From Moniliella sp. 'wahieum' (Eukaryota): 64,000 nucleotides of DNA. The stretch's first letter is position 1, and each line of letters starts with the position of its first letter. The notes under the pieces are model-generated. The model made no database searches. It was not told the origin of the DNA and was given only the letters and a program-made list of their open reading frames with translations. The stretch covers positions 248,001 through 312,000 of the forward strand of contig RSEE01000073.1 of NCBI GenBank assembly GCA_003971905.1. Direction: 5' to 3'. Shown one piece after another: positions 13,329-26,672 of this stretch. Position numbers and translations under genes: made by a program.

Positions 13329-13902
13329 CTAAAGATGCTTGAGGACAGTCTGGGCATCCGAGACCGCGAGGTCGTTGGCCGCCGACTCAATCTCAAAGTA
13401 GGTAATCTTGAGGTCATCAATAATGACGGCGTAGCGGCCGGTGCGCTCACCAAAGTGCTGCTTGCTCATGTCGAGCGTTGCGCCAAGAGCACGAGAGAAG
13501 GCGTTGTCCACGTCCGTAGCAAACTTGATCGAGTCGTCCAGAACACCCTGCACACGGCCCCAGCCAGACATGACAAAGGGGTCGTTGGATGCAATCACGT
13601 ACACCTCGGCGCCCTTGGCCTGGAACTCCTTGATGTGCTGTGGAGGTGGTATGTACGTGTCAGCGCATTGGGAATACGTGGCGGGGAATGAAATGACATA
13701 CCTCGATGTAGCCGGGGACGTGGGAACCGTGGCACACGGGAGTAAACGCCCCGGGGAGGGAGACGATGACGATCTTCTTTCCCTTGAACTTGTCGTGCAG
13801 GGAGAAGGAGATGGGGATGCCGCAGGCCGCGCTGGAGGCCAGCGTGGGGTTGTACGGGATCAGGGAGAAGGTCGTGTTGGGGATGACTTGGCCGACAGAC
13901 AT
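13329..13902 (-). CDS. Peroxiredoxin, Prx5/Ahp1/Pmp20 type
   Basis: LPGAFTPVCHGSHVPGY; NDPFVM; RTGRYAVII; intron 13701-13638; ends KHL (PTS1-like). Confidence 0.92.
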
Positions 13903-14687
13903 GGTTGGAAGTGTGAACGAAGTGCGCGATACGATGGGGCGAGAGCAAGGGAAGAGGAGAGGCGCGGTGAGTCCTGGTGGGGAAGATGTGTGTACAAGAA
14001 AGAGGCTGATGGAGGCGGCGAGGGCAAGAGGTATAAATACGTTTCGATGTTGGCGTGTTGTCCATTCGAAGAGTCTGCTCCAGATCAGATTGTGCAGGAG
14101 GATGTGCGTAGTGTGGCCAGTGCGTTTTCGGACAGGTATCTGTGATAGATCGATCCTCTTGCTGGCCCTACTATTACGCAGACGGCCGCCGGCCTCCAAC
14201 TCGGCCGTCGGTGTTCGGAGACCGGTGCCCAAGTCGCCGCACACAGCCCTTCTGCTGGGGCTCGGCGGGCAACGGTGACGGGATTTACCCCAGACGACGC
14301 TGATCAGCGTTTGCGCCCACTTGCGGCGGAAGTCGCGGTTGGATTCACCATGCAGGTTGCCGCTGCTGGAACTGTGCCGTGGCACTCGCAAACACCGACC
14401 GTTTGACCCGCCGGAGAGACCTGAAACGGCGCCAGCCGCCACTGTGGCGGCATTGTTTTCGGTGGCGGTCTGACTAGTGACTTCAAGTGAGCTTGTCATA
14501 CGCATACTAGGACGCCATGACGCGTGCCCCAGTTGATGCATGGTATACGCCATGGCACCGTGATTTGATGATTCAAATGACCCGTTTCTTCAGTCCAGGC
14601 CTCCGCCTAGGGCCTCGGGCCTAAACGTGCAATGTTGCCTCGTCCTTCTTCGACGTTCCTGTGTCTCCCGTTTCGATTAACCTATTG

Positions 14688-15757
14688 TGTTATGGGGTGC
14701 TCCGGTCATCTCTCCGGACACCGAGCTCCGCATGCCGTAGAATCCTCATCGACGCACACGCCATCCCCACGACACTTGTGGTTAAGAGCCGGCGCGGACC
14801 ACTTGCCGCGGATGTTTTCCGCGGAGTGCCAGGAGAGGACCGGACTTGAAGCTTGACGGTACGAAGTTTCGTATCCGCAGCATCCGGTCTTGATAGAACT
14901 CCACATCGACTGCGTATTGAGCTAAGTGGCTCGTGATTTGGCCAATGTCCCTTCAGCTCCTCCTCAGGCCTAGGAGTTCCGCTGTTTCCCCTCTCCTGTT
15001 TTCCTCCTTGCCCCGCAGCTTAGCCCCTGATGGCGACTGGCTGCTGGATGTTCCTCTGTAGGCATTGCTGGTTGCCACACCACCACCATAACCAGTGCGA
15101 TTGCATCACCCTCGAGGACCATCAGGACTCCAGGTCTCATCACTGCGGCCCACCGGATCGCAGTCTGGACAGAACAGGCCGCCCTTTGCCTTTTACTACT
15201 GTAGATTCCCCTTCCATCTGTTGATGCCTGTTCTGATGTTACGATATATAAGCAGCCCGGTCTGAGGCTTGCTGGCGGTGATCCTCACCGCCCAACCCCC
15301 CCGCTTCAACCCCGTCTATACCCCCGACTTCCCTCTTCACTCTTAACCCTTATACGCTTACGAATTTAGTACGACTTCCGTCGAGCACTCTGCAAGTCGC
15401 GGTTACTATTAGTAGCACTTGCTCTTCTTTAGCACTCTCTGTCTGTTCCCGCCAACTATAGCGTACCAAGTGTGGTAGCGCTGCGAGGAACGGAGTAACT
15501 CCGGAGACCCTAGACCCCGTTTTCAATTGGTCTACGACTTACGAACACGGCTCCTACCTCGGAGGGTCTGAGCTGCGGCCTTTATTGCACGCAGGCAGCC
15601 GCCCAAACTAGAGGGTCTCTCTCCCTTGCCTCTACACCCGCTCGGTTCAACCAGGATCTGAAGCAGGACCTAACGTACGTAACTCTAATGCCATGTCCAA
15701 GGGCTTTTACCCCTAACTTCCGGGGTCGAGCTCCGTCTCGGGGCTCGTCCCGTGACA
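14688..15757 (+). mobile_element. Solo LTR, copy 1, with 5-bp TSD TATTG
   Basis: TGTTATGGG...CCCGTGACA termini; TATTG at 14683-14687 and 15758-15762; TATATAA near 15245; homologous to 47753-48584. Confidence 0.9.
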
Positions 15758-15993
15758 TATTGGGGAAACTTCCTCTGACTTCTCCTGTGGCGCTTGCGAT
15801 TCACTTGAATCTTTACATTTCACTCATCTCGTCGGCCTCTTCTTTTAGATCACCGATCTCTCGATCTTTCTGACTATACAGTTTCTGTGGAGGAAATGGA
15901 GACCACAGGCGTTCAAGATTCTCGATAATGGGCAAAGAGAGAGACAGCGTGGGCCATCTCATGGGAAGGACGCAGCCTGCCCCAAAGAAAGGC

Positions 15994-17497
15994 TTACTTG
16001 CTTTGTGCCATCACCTCCTTGAGCATCTGGGCGCCCACCATGTTGGCCTCTTCGAACCTTGGTTCAAAGAAAGCGCGTGTCTCCTCAAAGCGGGCGCGAT
16101 AGGTGTCCCAGGCCCGCAGGCGCACTGCCTCAGCCCACCCGCGCGCAGCAATGGTAAACTCCACATCGTCCGAACGATATTCTGCACGTTGCACGGCCGC
16201 CTTGCATGCGGCCCGCAGACGTTCGGGGGAACGGAACAAGTACTCGCATACTCCGATCCAGATGCGGAACACGGGGGTCGCAGCGACTTCGAGGTGGGCG
16301 TACGGGTCGATCCCGAGGGTGGACCAACAGTCGACGATGGCCAGGAGCGCAAGGTGGGAATTGGGAGGCGGAAGAGAGTCGGCCTCCTTGCTACCGGCAA
16401 CGTTGCGGGCGGCAAGGTGGAAGCGGTCCAGCAGTTTATCCGACATGAGAATTGGTTTTCTCCCAGGTGCCCCGCCTTCCTCCTCGGGGGCCCAGGCAAA
16501 GACGCGCTGCCGCGCGTCAAACACTTCCTTGACCAGCGCCGCCTCGTTTTCCTGAATCATCAATTTGAACAGCCGTGTGGTCGAGCGAGCGTACTGCTCC
16601 ACTTGCACACGAGCCGATGGATTGAGCAGCGCCAAACCAGCGTACACGTGCCACTTGGCCGAGTAGATGCGGAGCATAATGTTGATTTTGACCGTCTCAA
16701 TGCCCCCTGGGTAGCGCGTGGTTTCCCATGGATAATCATTGCTCCTGAACCACGCCGTTCCCATCGAGAGGAAGGCAGCGTGCGTGACGGCCTGCGTGTT
16801 GGCGGTGACCACGTCATGTTCCTGGTAGGTGAGGTAGACGTAGCGCGACTGGAAGCAGTAGAACACCCGCTCTACCTGAGCCAGTGCCGTCTCAGGCGCA
16901 CGATGCTGGATGAGAACCAGTGGTTGACCCATCGTGTCCACCCGTGGACCATGGAGCGAGTGCACACTTACGATCAAAACATCCGATGGCAGGTACAGTT
17001 CGAACGCCTCTTGTTCCGGGGCTTTGACCGACGTTTGCGCTGAGACAATCGCGCCTGGCTTGGTTGCTATCCACAAACCGTGTTAGCCATCAAATAACAA
17101 TACAATGCGCCCGCCTAAACTGTTAGTGCACTCGATGCAAGAACAGTGGCGAGGGGAAGGGACGCACCTGGTCCATAGGCCTTGACCGCGTCCGCCAGAT
17201 ACGCTGCCTCGACAGAGAAGATGAGCAGATCGGCACGGCGGGCCACAAGCATGCCGTTCTCGTGAACGGTGATGGCTGGGTGCGAGGCATACTCCTCCTT
17301 CAACGTAGCAAACTTGGTCGGCACATCACAGACGTGGATCTGCTTCCACCCGCCCGCCTCGAGCTTGGTGGCGTACAAGCGGCCCATGTCGCCCATGCCA
17401 ATGATGCCAATCACCAGAGACGCCTTCTCGTCGGGGGTGGCATCGGAAATGGTGCGCTCGGGCTGCTGCGACGGCAAGGGGGTGCTGGTGGCAGCAT
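15994..17497 (-). CDS. TYR1: Prephenate dehydrogenase (NADP+)
   Basis: IGIIGMGDMG; QTSVKAPE; SVHSLHGP; EHDVVTANTQAVTHAAFLSMG; KWHVYAGLA; intron 17167-17067; start ATG needs one extra C in a homopolymer. Confidence 0.93.
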
Positions 17498-17937
17498 GGT
17501 GTGCGGACCGGAAGGGTAGGGCGGCCACTGCGCGGGGTGGTGGTGGTGGTGGTGGGCGCGCGGGGCGAATGGGGCCTCTCGTGTGCGTTGAATACACCCG
17601 CTCTTCTGGCTTGTGACTAGTGAGTGACTTGCTCTCGCCTGCGCCCGATATTCTTTCTCCGCCTTACGTTCATTATTTCACACCTGGCTATATACCGTGC
17701 CCCACCTCTGCGGTCGGATCGATCATCGAGCTCAAAAGAATGGTTGCGTACCGAACGCCAGCCGACGGCGGCCCCACAAGAGGGGCGCTACGCAGCCAGA
17801 CGGTTGCAGGATGCAGATAGATGCAACACCAAGGGCAACGGGGGAAAGAAGAAGCTGGAAGGAAGGATGAGCAAGGGCGAGTCCTGCGTGCTGCGTCTCT
17901 CAACTGGCCTGGCCTCGGCCGGTCAGGCCAGTCAAGT

Positions 17938-20303
17938 TCAAGTGACGTGGGCAGCAGGGGCCGATGGTTGGGTGCCTGGGATGCCCCACCGCGTTTTGGC
18001 AGAGGCAGGGTACGTTTCGCCCTGCATGTCGTTGCGGGCGGGTTGGATGCGGCGCTCGCCCCACAGGGGCGCAGCGGCGTGTTCGGGGGCGATTTGCTGG
18101 ACAAGGTGGTGGGCGGCTCCCGCCCCAGCTGCCGGCTCGGCTGCCTGCCCACCGTAGCCAATGGCCCCCTGACTCGGCGCGGCCGGCAGCACGGGCTTGT
18201 TGATAATGCCAAGATACCAGTACATAAGCTCCGTAATGAGCACTTGCTCGCACAGCGAGCGCTTGGGCGATGCTAGCTTGAAGTGTGACAGCCGATAGAT
18301 GGCCCGCTCGATGGGGATAGGAAAGCGAGAGTAATAGTCGACCCCTGCACCTCTGGGGGCCAGATGCGGCATCGGCCGTCCCCCTGGCCCCGTGGTGCCG
18401 GGTCGTCGAGCAGCTGGGTTCCACTGCACCGGTTTGGGCTCTTCCTGATGCTTTTTTTTGCCAAACAAACCGAGAAAACGAGGGGAATCCTCCTTCTCCT
18501 TTTCCTTTTCTTTTCCCTTTTCCTTCCTCTCCTCCCTTTCGCGAGCTTTCTCTCGCTCCTTCTCCTTCTCCCTTTCTTTCTCCTTTTCCTTCTCCTTCTT
18601 ACGCTCAGCCTTGGCTTGCTTCTCGGCCTTCTTGTCCTTGTCGTCCTCCTCCTTGCGACCAAACCAGGCGGCAAACCCTGTGCGCGCCTTACGTTTGCTC
18701 GATGTGGATGCGTTCGATGGGGAAGGCGATGCAACCCGACGCAGGGCCGGGCCCTGGGTCCGAGAGGTAATAACGGGCATGGACTGGGACCGCTCGTGGT
18801 TAGGACGCGAGGGAGGATGTAGCGTCGGGGTCGAGCCTAAAGATGGGGCATTTGAAGGGCCTTGCGCACCCGGGAGAGGAGAAGGAGAGGCGGACTCCGT
18901 CAATGAACCAGAATGATTCATTGGGGCCGCAGGAGGAGGGCCCAATGATCCAAGGGGGAAAGAAGCCGATGGGCCGGCCGGGGTGGCGACAGGGAGGGGC
19001 TTGTACATTCCTGGTGGTGGGGGTGGAGGTTGGGGTCCTTGTGGTCCTGACCGGGCTGGCCGTGGACGGGGGGTCTCGTTTCCCGTCGGAGAAGGTGTAG
19101 AAGTGGGCCAGGGAGCAGGGAGGATTTCGTCTGGCTCCTCCGTCAAAGAAGGCAATCCTAGCGGGAACGTTGGAAGCATACCAACGGACGCATGAGGACC
19201 TGTGGGGGCCACGCTGGCATCGACAAACTCATCTGAACCGGTGGAAGCGGGGCGCGAACGGGCCCCAGTACCCCCCACCTGGATGCTCTCCTCGTGCTCC
19301 TCGACAGATGTGGAGGCCGTGCTAACTTTTGCCTCGTCTGAAGCGGACTCGGGGGTACCCACACGGTCATGGCCGTCGGAGCTGGAGGGATGATGGTGGC
19401 GGATGCGGGTATGGGAGGAACGGCCGAGGCGGGGCGAAAGGCGAGTTTCCTCTGCCGGCACCTCTGGCAACGTGGAAAGCGGGGGTCTTATTTCCTCATC
19501 AACCGGAGGGATGTCGTCCACGCGGTCAAACGCCGAAGATTGGGAGGAGAGAGAGATGGTGCGGTGCAAAACTTGCCGGAGGGCATGCGGGTCCTGTGTT
19601 CTGGTTGCCAAATCGGTATATTGTTCCAGCTTGGCCAGGTCGGATGCGGAGAGCGGAGGCGGTTCCCTGTTCTTGGGCGATGGTACTGGCGGCGGCGGTT
19701 CGTCATTGGTACTGCTGGTGGGTGCATCGGGGTCAAACTGACTGCGCAGGTGGGAGGCGCGCCGGGTGAGGGAGGTGGAGCGGGTGATCAAGTCGGCACG
19801 CAGATGCTGGTCACGGGAGACGGACTTTTTGCGGATCAAGCTCGACAGGGCGGGGTCCAGCTCGCCACTGGGGCCCACTGCCGCGGCGGCGCGGCGCGAG
19901 GGCTTGCGACTGACGCCGGTCAACACGTCTGCCGCGGAGCTGGGGTCGGACTGGTCCGAGGGCGCATCCTCGGCCAGGTCCTTCTCACGCTGCTGCGCGC
20001 TCGGCCTGGGAGGCGACAAAGAGCTTGAACTCGGCAGGCGAGATTTCTGGGTGGACCGAGGCGGGGACCCAGACGTTGTCCCCAGAGCCGTTGGGGGCGG
20101 CGGTGCGAGCGCGGCGGGCGGCGGTGGCGCGGTCATCGCTGCCGTGAGCGTGGGGGGGGCGTCGGCGGGCACTCATGCCCCTGCTGCTGCCTGGCGCCGC
20201 GGGGGATGGCGGGCGGGCGTCGGGGGGGGGGGATGGGGATGGGGAGGGGGCTGGGGAGGGCTGGGGAGGGCGCCGGCGGGGGCCGAGGCTGGGGCGAGGG
20301 CAT
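17938..20303 (-). CDS. ZDS1: Zds1-like PP2A-Cdc55 regulator (start and end approximate, frameshifted)
   Basis: Zds_C motif RFPIPIERAIYRLSHFKLASPKRSLCEQVLITELMYWYL; N-terminal motif VWVPASVHPEISPAEFK in an adjacent frame. Confidence 0.8.
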
Positions 20304-21344
20304 GGAGGGCGTCGCCCTGTGGCGGCGGGGATCGACGTGGCAAGCAGCGGCTGGGCTGCAGGGGGGCATCCAGCATCCTGGCCTGCGCCAGCCAGTGAAA
20401 CGTTCAGCCGTGCTGAACGTTCTCCTGAGTGCAACATTGAACGTTGAAGGTAACACTCCTGCAGTACTCGTCGATCATCCACCATCCACCCTCCATCCAC
20501 CCTCGCTCTCCTGGCCGTGCCAACTGTTGCGCTATCTTGCCATCTTGCATGTCGCCCATCTCCCACTGCTCTTGGCGATGCCGCAGGCCAGAAAGAAGGG
20601 CGTTGCCTTCACAGAAACTGCTGCCGACTCCTAGTGCCTTTCCCTTGCCCTCCACGCGTCCGCCGCATTGTGGATCCACGCAGCGCCCGGATCCATAGGT
20701 ACAACAGCGCCTTTGCCATGTGGGTCCACCCTACCCCTGAGGCCTTAAGGCCCTCCTTGAACCGAGCCCGAGAGAGCGTCTGCCTCGTCTTGGCTTGAGC
20801 CGTGGGCATCATGCGCATCATGGGTCAACCGGTCATTGGACCACGGCTCCGGCCTCATACTCCCTTTGCTTGGCGCCTGTTGGTCCACCGTCCAACGCTT
20901 CAACCTCAGACTGACCAGCAGGGAGCTTGGCCCCAGAAAGCACGCATCAAATAAACTACAGGTAAATGTATGAATGTCCCAATGTGCCATCCAGGCCTAC
21001 TCTTTAGTTACATTGCCATGCCCCCCAACATCAACCAGCACAAGCTGAAGTTGGTCTCGGGGGGGCTGGTAATGTTGCCACGGGGCGTTGTTGGGGGGAG
21101 GGGGGCGCATACGCGTTTTGCCGATTACCGCAACCGCGTACCAGGTGACGGTGAGTTGAAGTCATAGTCACCGGCCGGCCGGCGGACTGGCCTGATACCG
21201 GCTCGCCGCGGATTAAATCAATTTAGGTTGGGTCTTCTGACGTGGGGTGAAGTTGAAGTCAACCTTGAAGAAAAGAGAGTTGTTCCCACAAAAGTGCGGA
21301 TAAAATGAGTGGACATTCGGATGTCGCCTGGTCGTTGTGCGCTC

Positions 21345-22651
21345 ATGCCTCCACCACAACGTCCGCTGTACCATCGGATTGAGGATCAACTCACTCGGAG
21401 GGAGCGGCGAGGCATTCTCCGCCGCCTCACTCTCTTTGATCCCACCACTCCCTCACCGCCCCATGCTGACCCAGCACAGGGCTGGGTCGACTTTTCGTCC
21501 AACGATTATCTCTCTTTCGCCCGGTCTGGCGAGCTCAAGCGCACCTACCTTGCCAATTTAGAAAGGTGGAGTCGTCAACACCCTCAACACCCGCTCACCA
21601 GCTCCACCGGTAGTAGACTGCTCGACGGCAACCTTGAGCTGGCAGAGGAGGTTTGTGTTACACCCTCCCCCCCCTTCCTTATCTCTACCGAGGTGCTGAC
21701 TCTCTGTGCGAGTCCAGGTGGAGCGTCGCTGTGCAGCGCATTTTCAGTCTGAAGATGCGCTTCTGTTTAACACGGGTTTGCCGCCAACGCTTCGTTGCTC
21801 GGTTTCCTCCCGCAGGAAGGCGATGGTGTTGTACGACGCGCTGATCCACGCGAGTATGCACGATGGGTTCCGACGTTCCCGGGCCAAAGCCTATGCGTTT
21901 GCGCACAACGATCCTGCTTCCCTTCGCCAGCTCGTGGACCGCGAACTTCCTGCTCTCCATGGCACCCTCTTTCTCGCCGTAGAGGGGGTTTACAGTATGG
22001 ATGGCGACCTTTGCCCCCTACCCCAGCTGCTCCAATGCCTCGAGCACGTGCCCCCTGAACAAGTGTTTGTCATGGTGGACGAAGCCCATTCGGCCGGTGT
22101 GTAGGGGGGGGCGGGGCGTTTGCTCTGCGTGGGGAATCCAGGTTCCGCTTCGGCTCGTTACGTTTGGCAAAGCACTGGGGTCCAGTGGTGCGGTTCTGCT
22201 GTGCGATGAGGTGGTGAAGCGCTTTCTGATCAACTATGCCCGACCCTTGATTTATTCCACTGCCCTCCCGCCGAGTGTGCTCATCTCGATGCTCACTTCA
22301 CTTGACGCACTGGGTTCGCCCCTGCATACCCAAGCCCAGCGCCGCGTCCTCACCCTCTCTCAAGAACTCAGGCGCTCGCTCCACCTTCCACCGTCTCTTG
22401 CTTTGCAGCCCGGTCCCACAGCCCACTGGAGCTTAGGCTACGGCTCTCCCATCGTGCCCTACCTCACAGCCGAGGCCAAGGCGCTCGCTGCCTTCCTCCA
22501 GGACCATGGACTGGTCGTCCGGGGCATCACCTATCCCACCGTGCCCAAGGGAGAGAATCGGGTCAGAATTTGCCTGCATGCCCAGACTAGCACCGAGAAT
22601 ATGCAGCGGCTGGTCCACTTGCTTCTCGCCTGGCCTGGGGCCAAGCTGTAG
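21345..22651 (+). CDS. bioF: 8-amino-7-oxononanoate synthase (class II PLP aminotransferase), peroxisomal
   Basis: DFSSNDYL, STGSRLLDGN, DALIHASMHDG, EGVYSMDGD, DEAH, TFGKALG, YARPLIYSTA; intron 21651-21717; ends AKL. Confidence 0.92.
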
Positions 22652-22858
22652 TAATGGTCCATCGGATTGGTTATACGAGGTTGAACGAACTTTGCTATGC
22701 TGATGATTACATCGGCGGAGCTCTACAAGCGCACGGCAGTGGATGAGTCCTCGGATGCTTTTGCGGTCAGGTCTCAGTAAGGTCTCGAGCGGGCGCGGAA
22801 GGGGAGGGAAGGGGGGGGGGGGGGGGGGGGGGTGATGGGATGTAGAAGCGCGCGGCTT

Positions 22859-25800
22859 TTAGGGAGGCGGAAGAAGGGTGAGCCTGCGTCGTCCCCCTGG
22901 GCCCCAGTGCTCCACCAGGAAGCGCATGAGGAAGTGATGGATCTCCGAATACGCCCCGGGTGTTGATACCATGATCCGAGTCGGTAAACATACGGAACTG
23001 GAAGTTTCGTACTTTTTGCTCAGTGAGTAGGTCGAGCAAATGCGCCGAGTTCTCAAAGTGCACATTGTCGTCACCCGAACCGTGAGCCAGGGCAAAGGCA
23101 TGTGACTGGAAGGCCGGCGAGACGTGTACGTCGGAGGCGTTGTAGCCCGCTGCGTTGGTCGAAGGGAGAGCCATGTAACGTTCGGTGTAGACCGAGTCGT
23201 AGAACGACCATTTTGTCACAGGCGCCACAGCCATCCCAAGGCTTAGAACGTTGGCAGTATCCGCCTCAACCACCTTGGACGTCAAGTAGCCGCCGTAACT
23301 CCATCCCCACACACCCATGCGGGAAGCGTCAACGTAGGGCAACCTTCCCAGTACAGAGGCGGCCGCAATTGTATCGTTTGCTTCGTGAGCGCCGAGGTTG
23401 TGCGCTACAGGAGCGCGGTAAGATGTGCCACGGTAGCCCGTTCCCGTACCATCCACCGTGGCCACAATGTAGCCCAAGGTAGATGTGAGGTAGTGGTGCA
23501 GGTGGGCCCGACCCCAACGTTCCTGTACCAGCTGGCCCGGCCCCCCATACACGTTAATCAGGACAGGATACGTTGTCCCCTGTGCACCTTGAGCAAAGTC
23601 GTGCGGACGCAATTCCTTAACGGTTGAAATGGAGCCCGAGGGAAGGGTTATATTGTAGAAGACGGTGCTCGGCATCTCATACCCAGCCACGAGTTGGGCA
23701 AGCGCCGCATTATCCTCCAGCGTCAGGTTGAAGGGCTGGTCCACCCCCTTGATGGTATACTGAGGGGGCGTCACAGGGTCCTCATACACATGGAGGTAAT
23801 ATGCCCCTTAGGATCAAACAGAGCTGTGTTCCAACCTTTGCCCTCGGTCAAGAGAGTAGGCTGGCTTCGTTCGGCCGAGGCCGAGCCGGATGGGAGTGGG
23901 ACGTAGTAAATTTGCCGCGTGGACGGAGAGGATAAGCCGCCGTAAAGTAGACCCTGTTGCGCTTCAAGTCCACAAACGTGATACCACCATCGATTTCCCA
24001 TTCTCCCTTGGTGAGCCAAATCGGATCCGAAGCGTTGCCGGCAGGGTAAAAGGCCAAATGACGGAACCCTTGCGGATCGGGTGCCACCTCAAGATATGCA
24101 CTGGACGAAGTAGACGCGCGCACCGCGGTCTCACCAATCTCCAGCCAACCATTTTTGCCTGCAGACAGACGGCGAACCACCTTGCCCTCCACTTGAGAAT
24201 TGGGGGAAGTGGGCAGGTCAAAGTGCAATATCCGGCCATGGGAACTGGTCCGATCGGTTTCCCGTACCAACAGCTCATCGCCCAACCAAGTCACTTCGGT
24301 CACCAACCTGTTAGCGCGCGCCTCCTCTGATCCAGCCAGGGCGTCATCCACGTCCCCCTCTCCCCTAGGGGAGGAGAGGAGCGTCTTGCAAGCTTCCACC
24401 TCGGCTGGGTGGGCGCCTTTGCGGGCAAGATCGCGCACACGTGCCAGGTCGATCGAAAAGACAGAAACGGTTGGGTTTGAAAAGCCCGGTTTGGGATACT
24501 TCATATCCACCGAGCCAGGATAGGCGGGTGTCTCGCCAGCTGTGGCCGTGGGGTTGTAGAGCGGGAACGAGTAGATGGGTACAGCCGTCTCGTCCAGCCG
24601 GAGAAAAGCAGCTTTCGTACCACTCGGGGCAAGCCAGAGGGCGCTGTCGTTTTCGAGAATCTCTTCCTCATAAACCCGTCGGGAGATGCGTTGAAGATGG
24701 TCTGACTACCCGCCCCATCGGTGGTGAGGCGCACCACGTCCCCATCGGGCGTGGGGAGGAAGTAGAGGTCACGCTCGGCAACGAAGATGACGCCGACTTC
24801 GGTAAGGGGGACAAAGCGGACAAGCGAGAGCTTGGCATCGTGATTGGGCTCGGCCGCAATGCGACGAGCTTTCTTCTTCTCGAGATCATACAGGTAGGCT
24901 GTGAAAAGCTCGAATGGCGCCAATTCTGAAGCAAGTCAGCGCAATTCTATATCGGGTGCGAAGAGGGCATATTTTTCCGGTTGGCTGTCAAGAGGGCGTA
25001 ACGCATGTCAGGGGAGAAACGATACGAATCAAATGCGATAGGTTGACCGTCAGCCTGAACAAGGCGGTGGTCAGCTGAGATACGTGATGGAGAAAGAAAG
25101 CAGACGTACATCCTTCACTTCGCTCTTGTGAATCAACACTTTCCCTTCGCTTTTCCTTCTTTGGCGGCTTGCGCACGGGTCACATCCTGGCTCACTACAT
25201 CACCGTCGGAATCGATGTAGGTGAAGACACCGTCTTCGGGAGCTTCCTTGGTCCAGTTGATTTCCGCGCTCTTGGGGTTAAATGTGCCGTTGTAAATAGC
25301 GTCCATGCTGATCTGCTTGAGCTTCTTAGGCGGAGAGACAGGAAACGAGTGGGCTGCCTTGCTCTCCGAAGGCGTGGACCAACCGGAATACACGGGGCCA
25401 GCCGCACCAAACGGGCTGTCGCCCAGGCCCCAGTTGCCCTGCGGGTCAATGGAGGGGGGGGAAGTCGGTGAGGGGGCTGGTGGAAGAGGCAAGCTGGCCG
25501 GTGTGTGGGCTGCTGACGAAGGGAAGAGTAACTGTCTCTACGTGGGCACCCGCAGCAGGCTGGTGGGGGAGGAGCACGTTGACCGCGGGCACCTCGGACG
25601 CAGGCTGTTCCGAAGCGGTGTTGGCCGAGGCGGAGGACGAGAGCCAATGCAGGGCCGGGACAAGGAGGAGGATGGTGACGAGAGCCAGGGCAAAGGGCGC
25701 AACAATGCGCAACGGCGCGCTGTCCGGTGCGCAGGGCGAGCGTCAGCGCAGCGAGGGCGATGCGCTCCTCCTCGTCCAGGAACGCGTCCGCTTCGCCGGT

Positions 25801-25978
25801 CCTCCTCGCTCGGGCGGCGGCCGGGGTGCTTGGCATCGGACGCTGAGTCGTACAGAGTAGCGTCCGAAGCGCTGCTCACGTCGCTGTACGCCACGCTGGC
25901 CCGGCCTTCGGGGCCATCGAGAGCGGCGAGGGGATACTCCATCGGGCGGTGGTGTTGTCGGGGCGCAGAGGGCGCCAT
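22859..25978 (-). CDS. Membrane-anchored dipeptidyl aminopeptidase (S9B, Dap2/Ste13-like), introns and many frameshifts
   Basis: GVWGWSYGG (Ser), DDNVHF (Asp), DSDHGI (His); KYPKPGFSNP; N-terminal hydrophobic anchor. Confidence 0.9.
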
Positions 25979-26672
25979 GTGCTCTCCGCCCTTATCGGCC
26001 TGCCATCCATCGACCGCCCACATCCCACCCACGTGACTCAAAAGTCACGTGCAGTGCCGCCGCCCGGCCCTCCATTCCGCCTCGCCCCCGCTCTGTTCAC
26101 ACAGATTCCCCCCGGTTTGCCCCCATACGCCGACCTGCCACCGTGGAGGAGAATACGAGTCTCCGCGGATGATTGCCTGCACTCAACCCCGTTGAGTTGC
26201 GGCGACCAGTCCTTGCTAAGCGCATGGAAGAGGAAATGGACGTAACTCTTGGTAAGGAAGTTGGGTTACCCATCCGTTTTGACGATGCGGCGACCAAGGG
26301 CGCGACCATCTATGATCCACACGTCTGAATACCTACTCCATCACGAGTTTATGCTCAGGACCCGCAACTTTATCCGTACTGTTACCGAGACGAAGTTGGC
26401 GTCGCTCATCGAGTAGTACGCCCCAGCTTACTTTGCCGAGAGCAACATGGAGGACAAGGTGGCCAGGCAAATCGCCATCCTTAAACGCAATAAGACCAAG
26501 CGCCCCCTCACCACTGACAGCACAGAGGACAAGAAACAACGCAAGTCCCGAATTCACCCTTCTGCCTCTATTGTATACTCTGATCCTCAAGCTTGTACCT
26601 CTCGTTGAGAGGTGGCACCTAAACTGGCAGGCCTTTAGGTTAGGTGTGCAATACAGTACATCATATGTAGTT

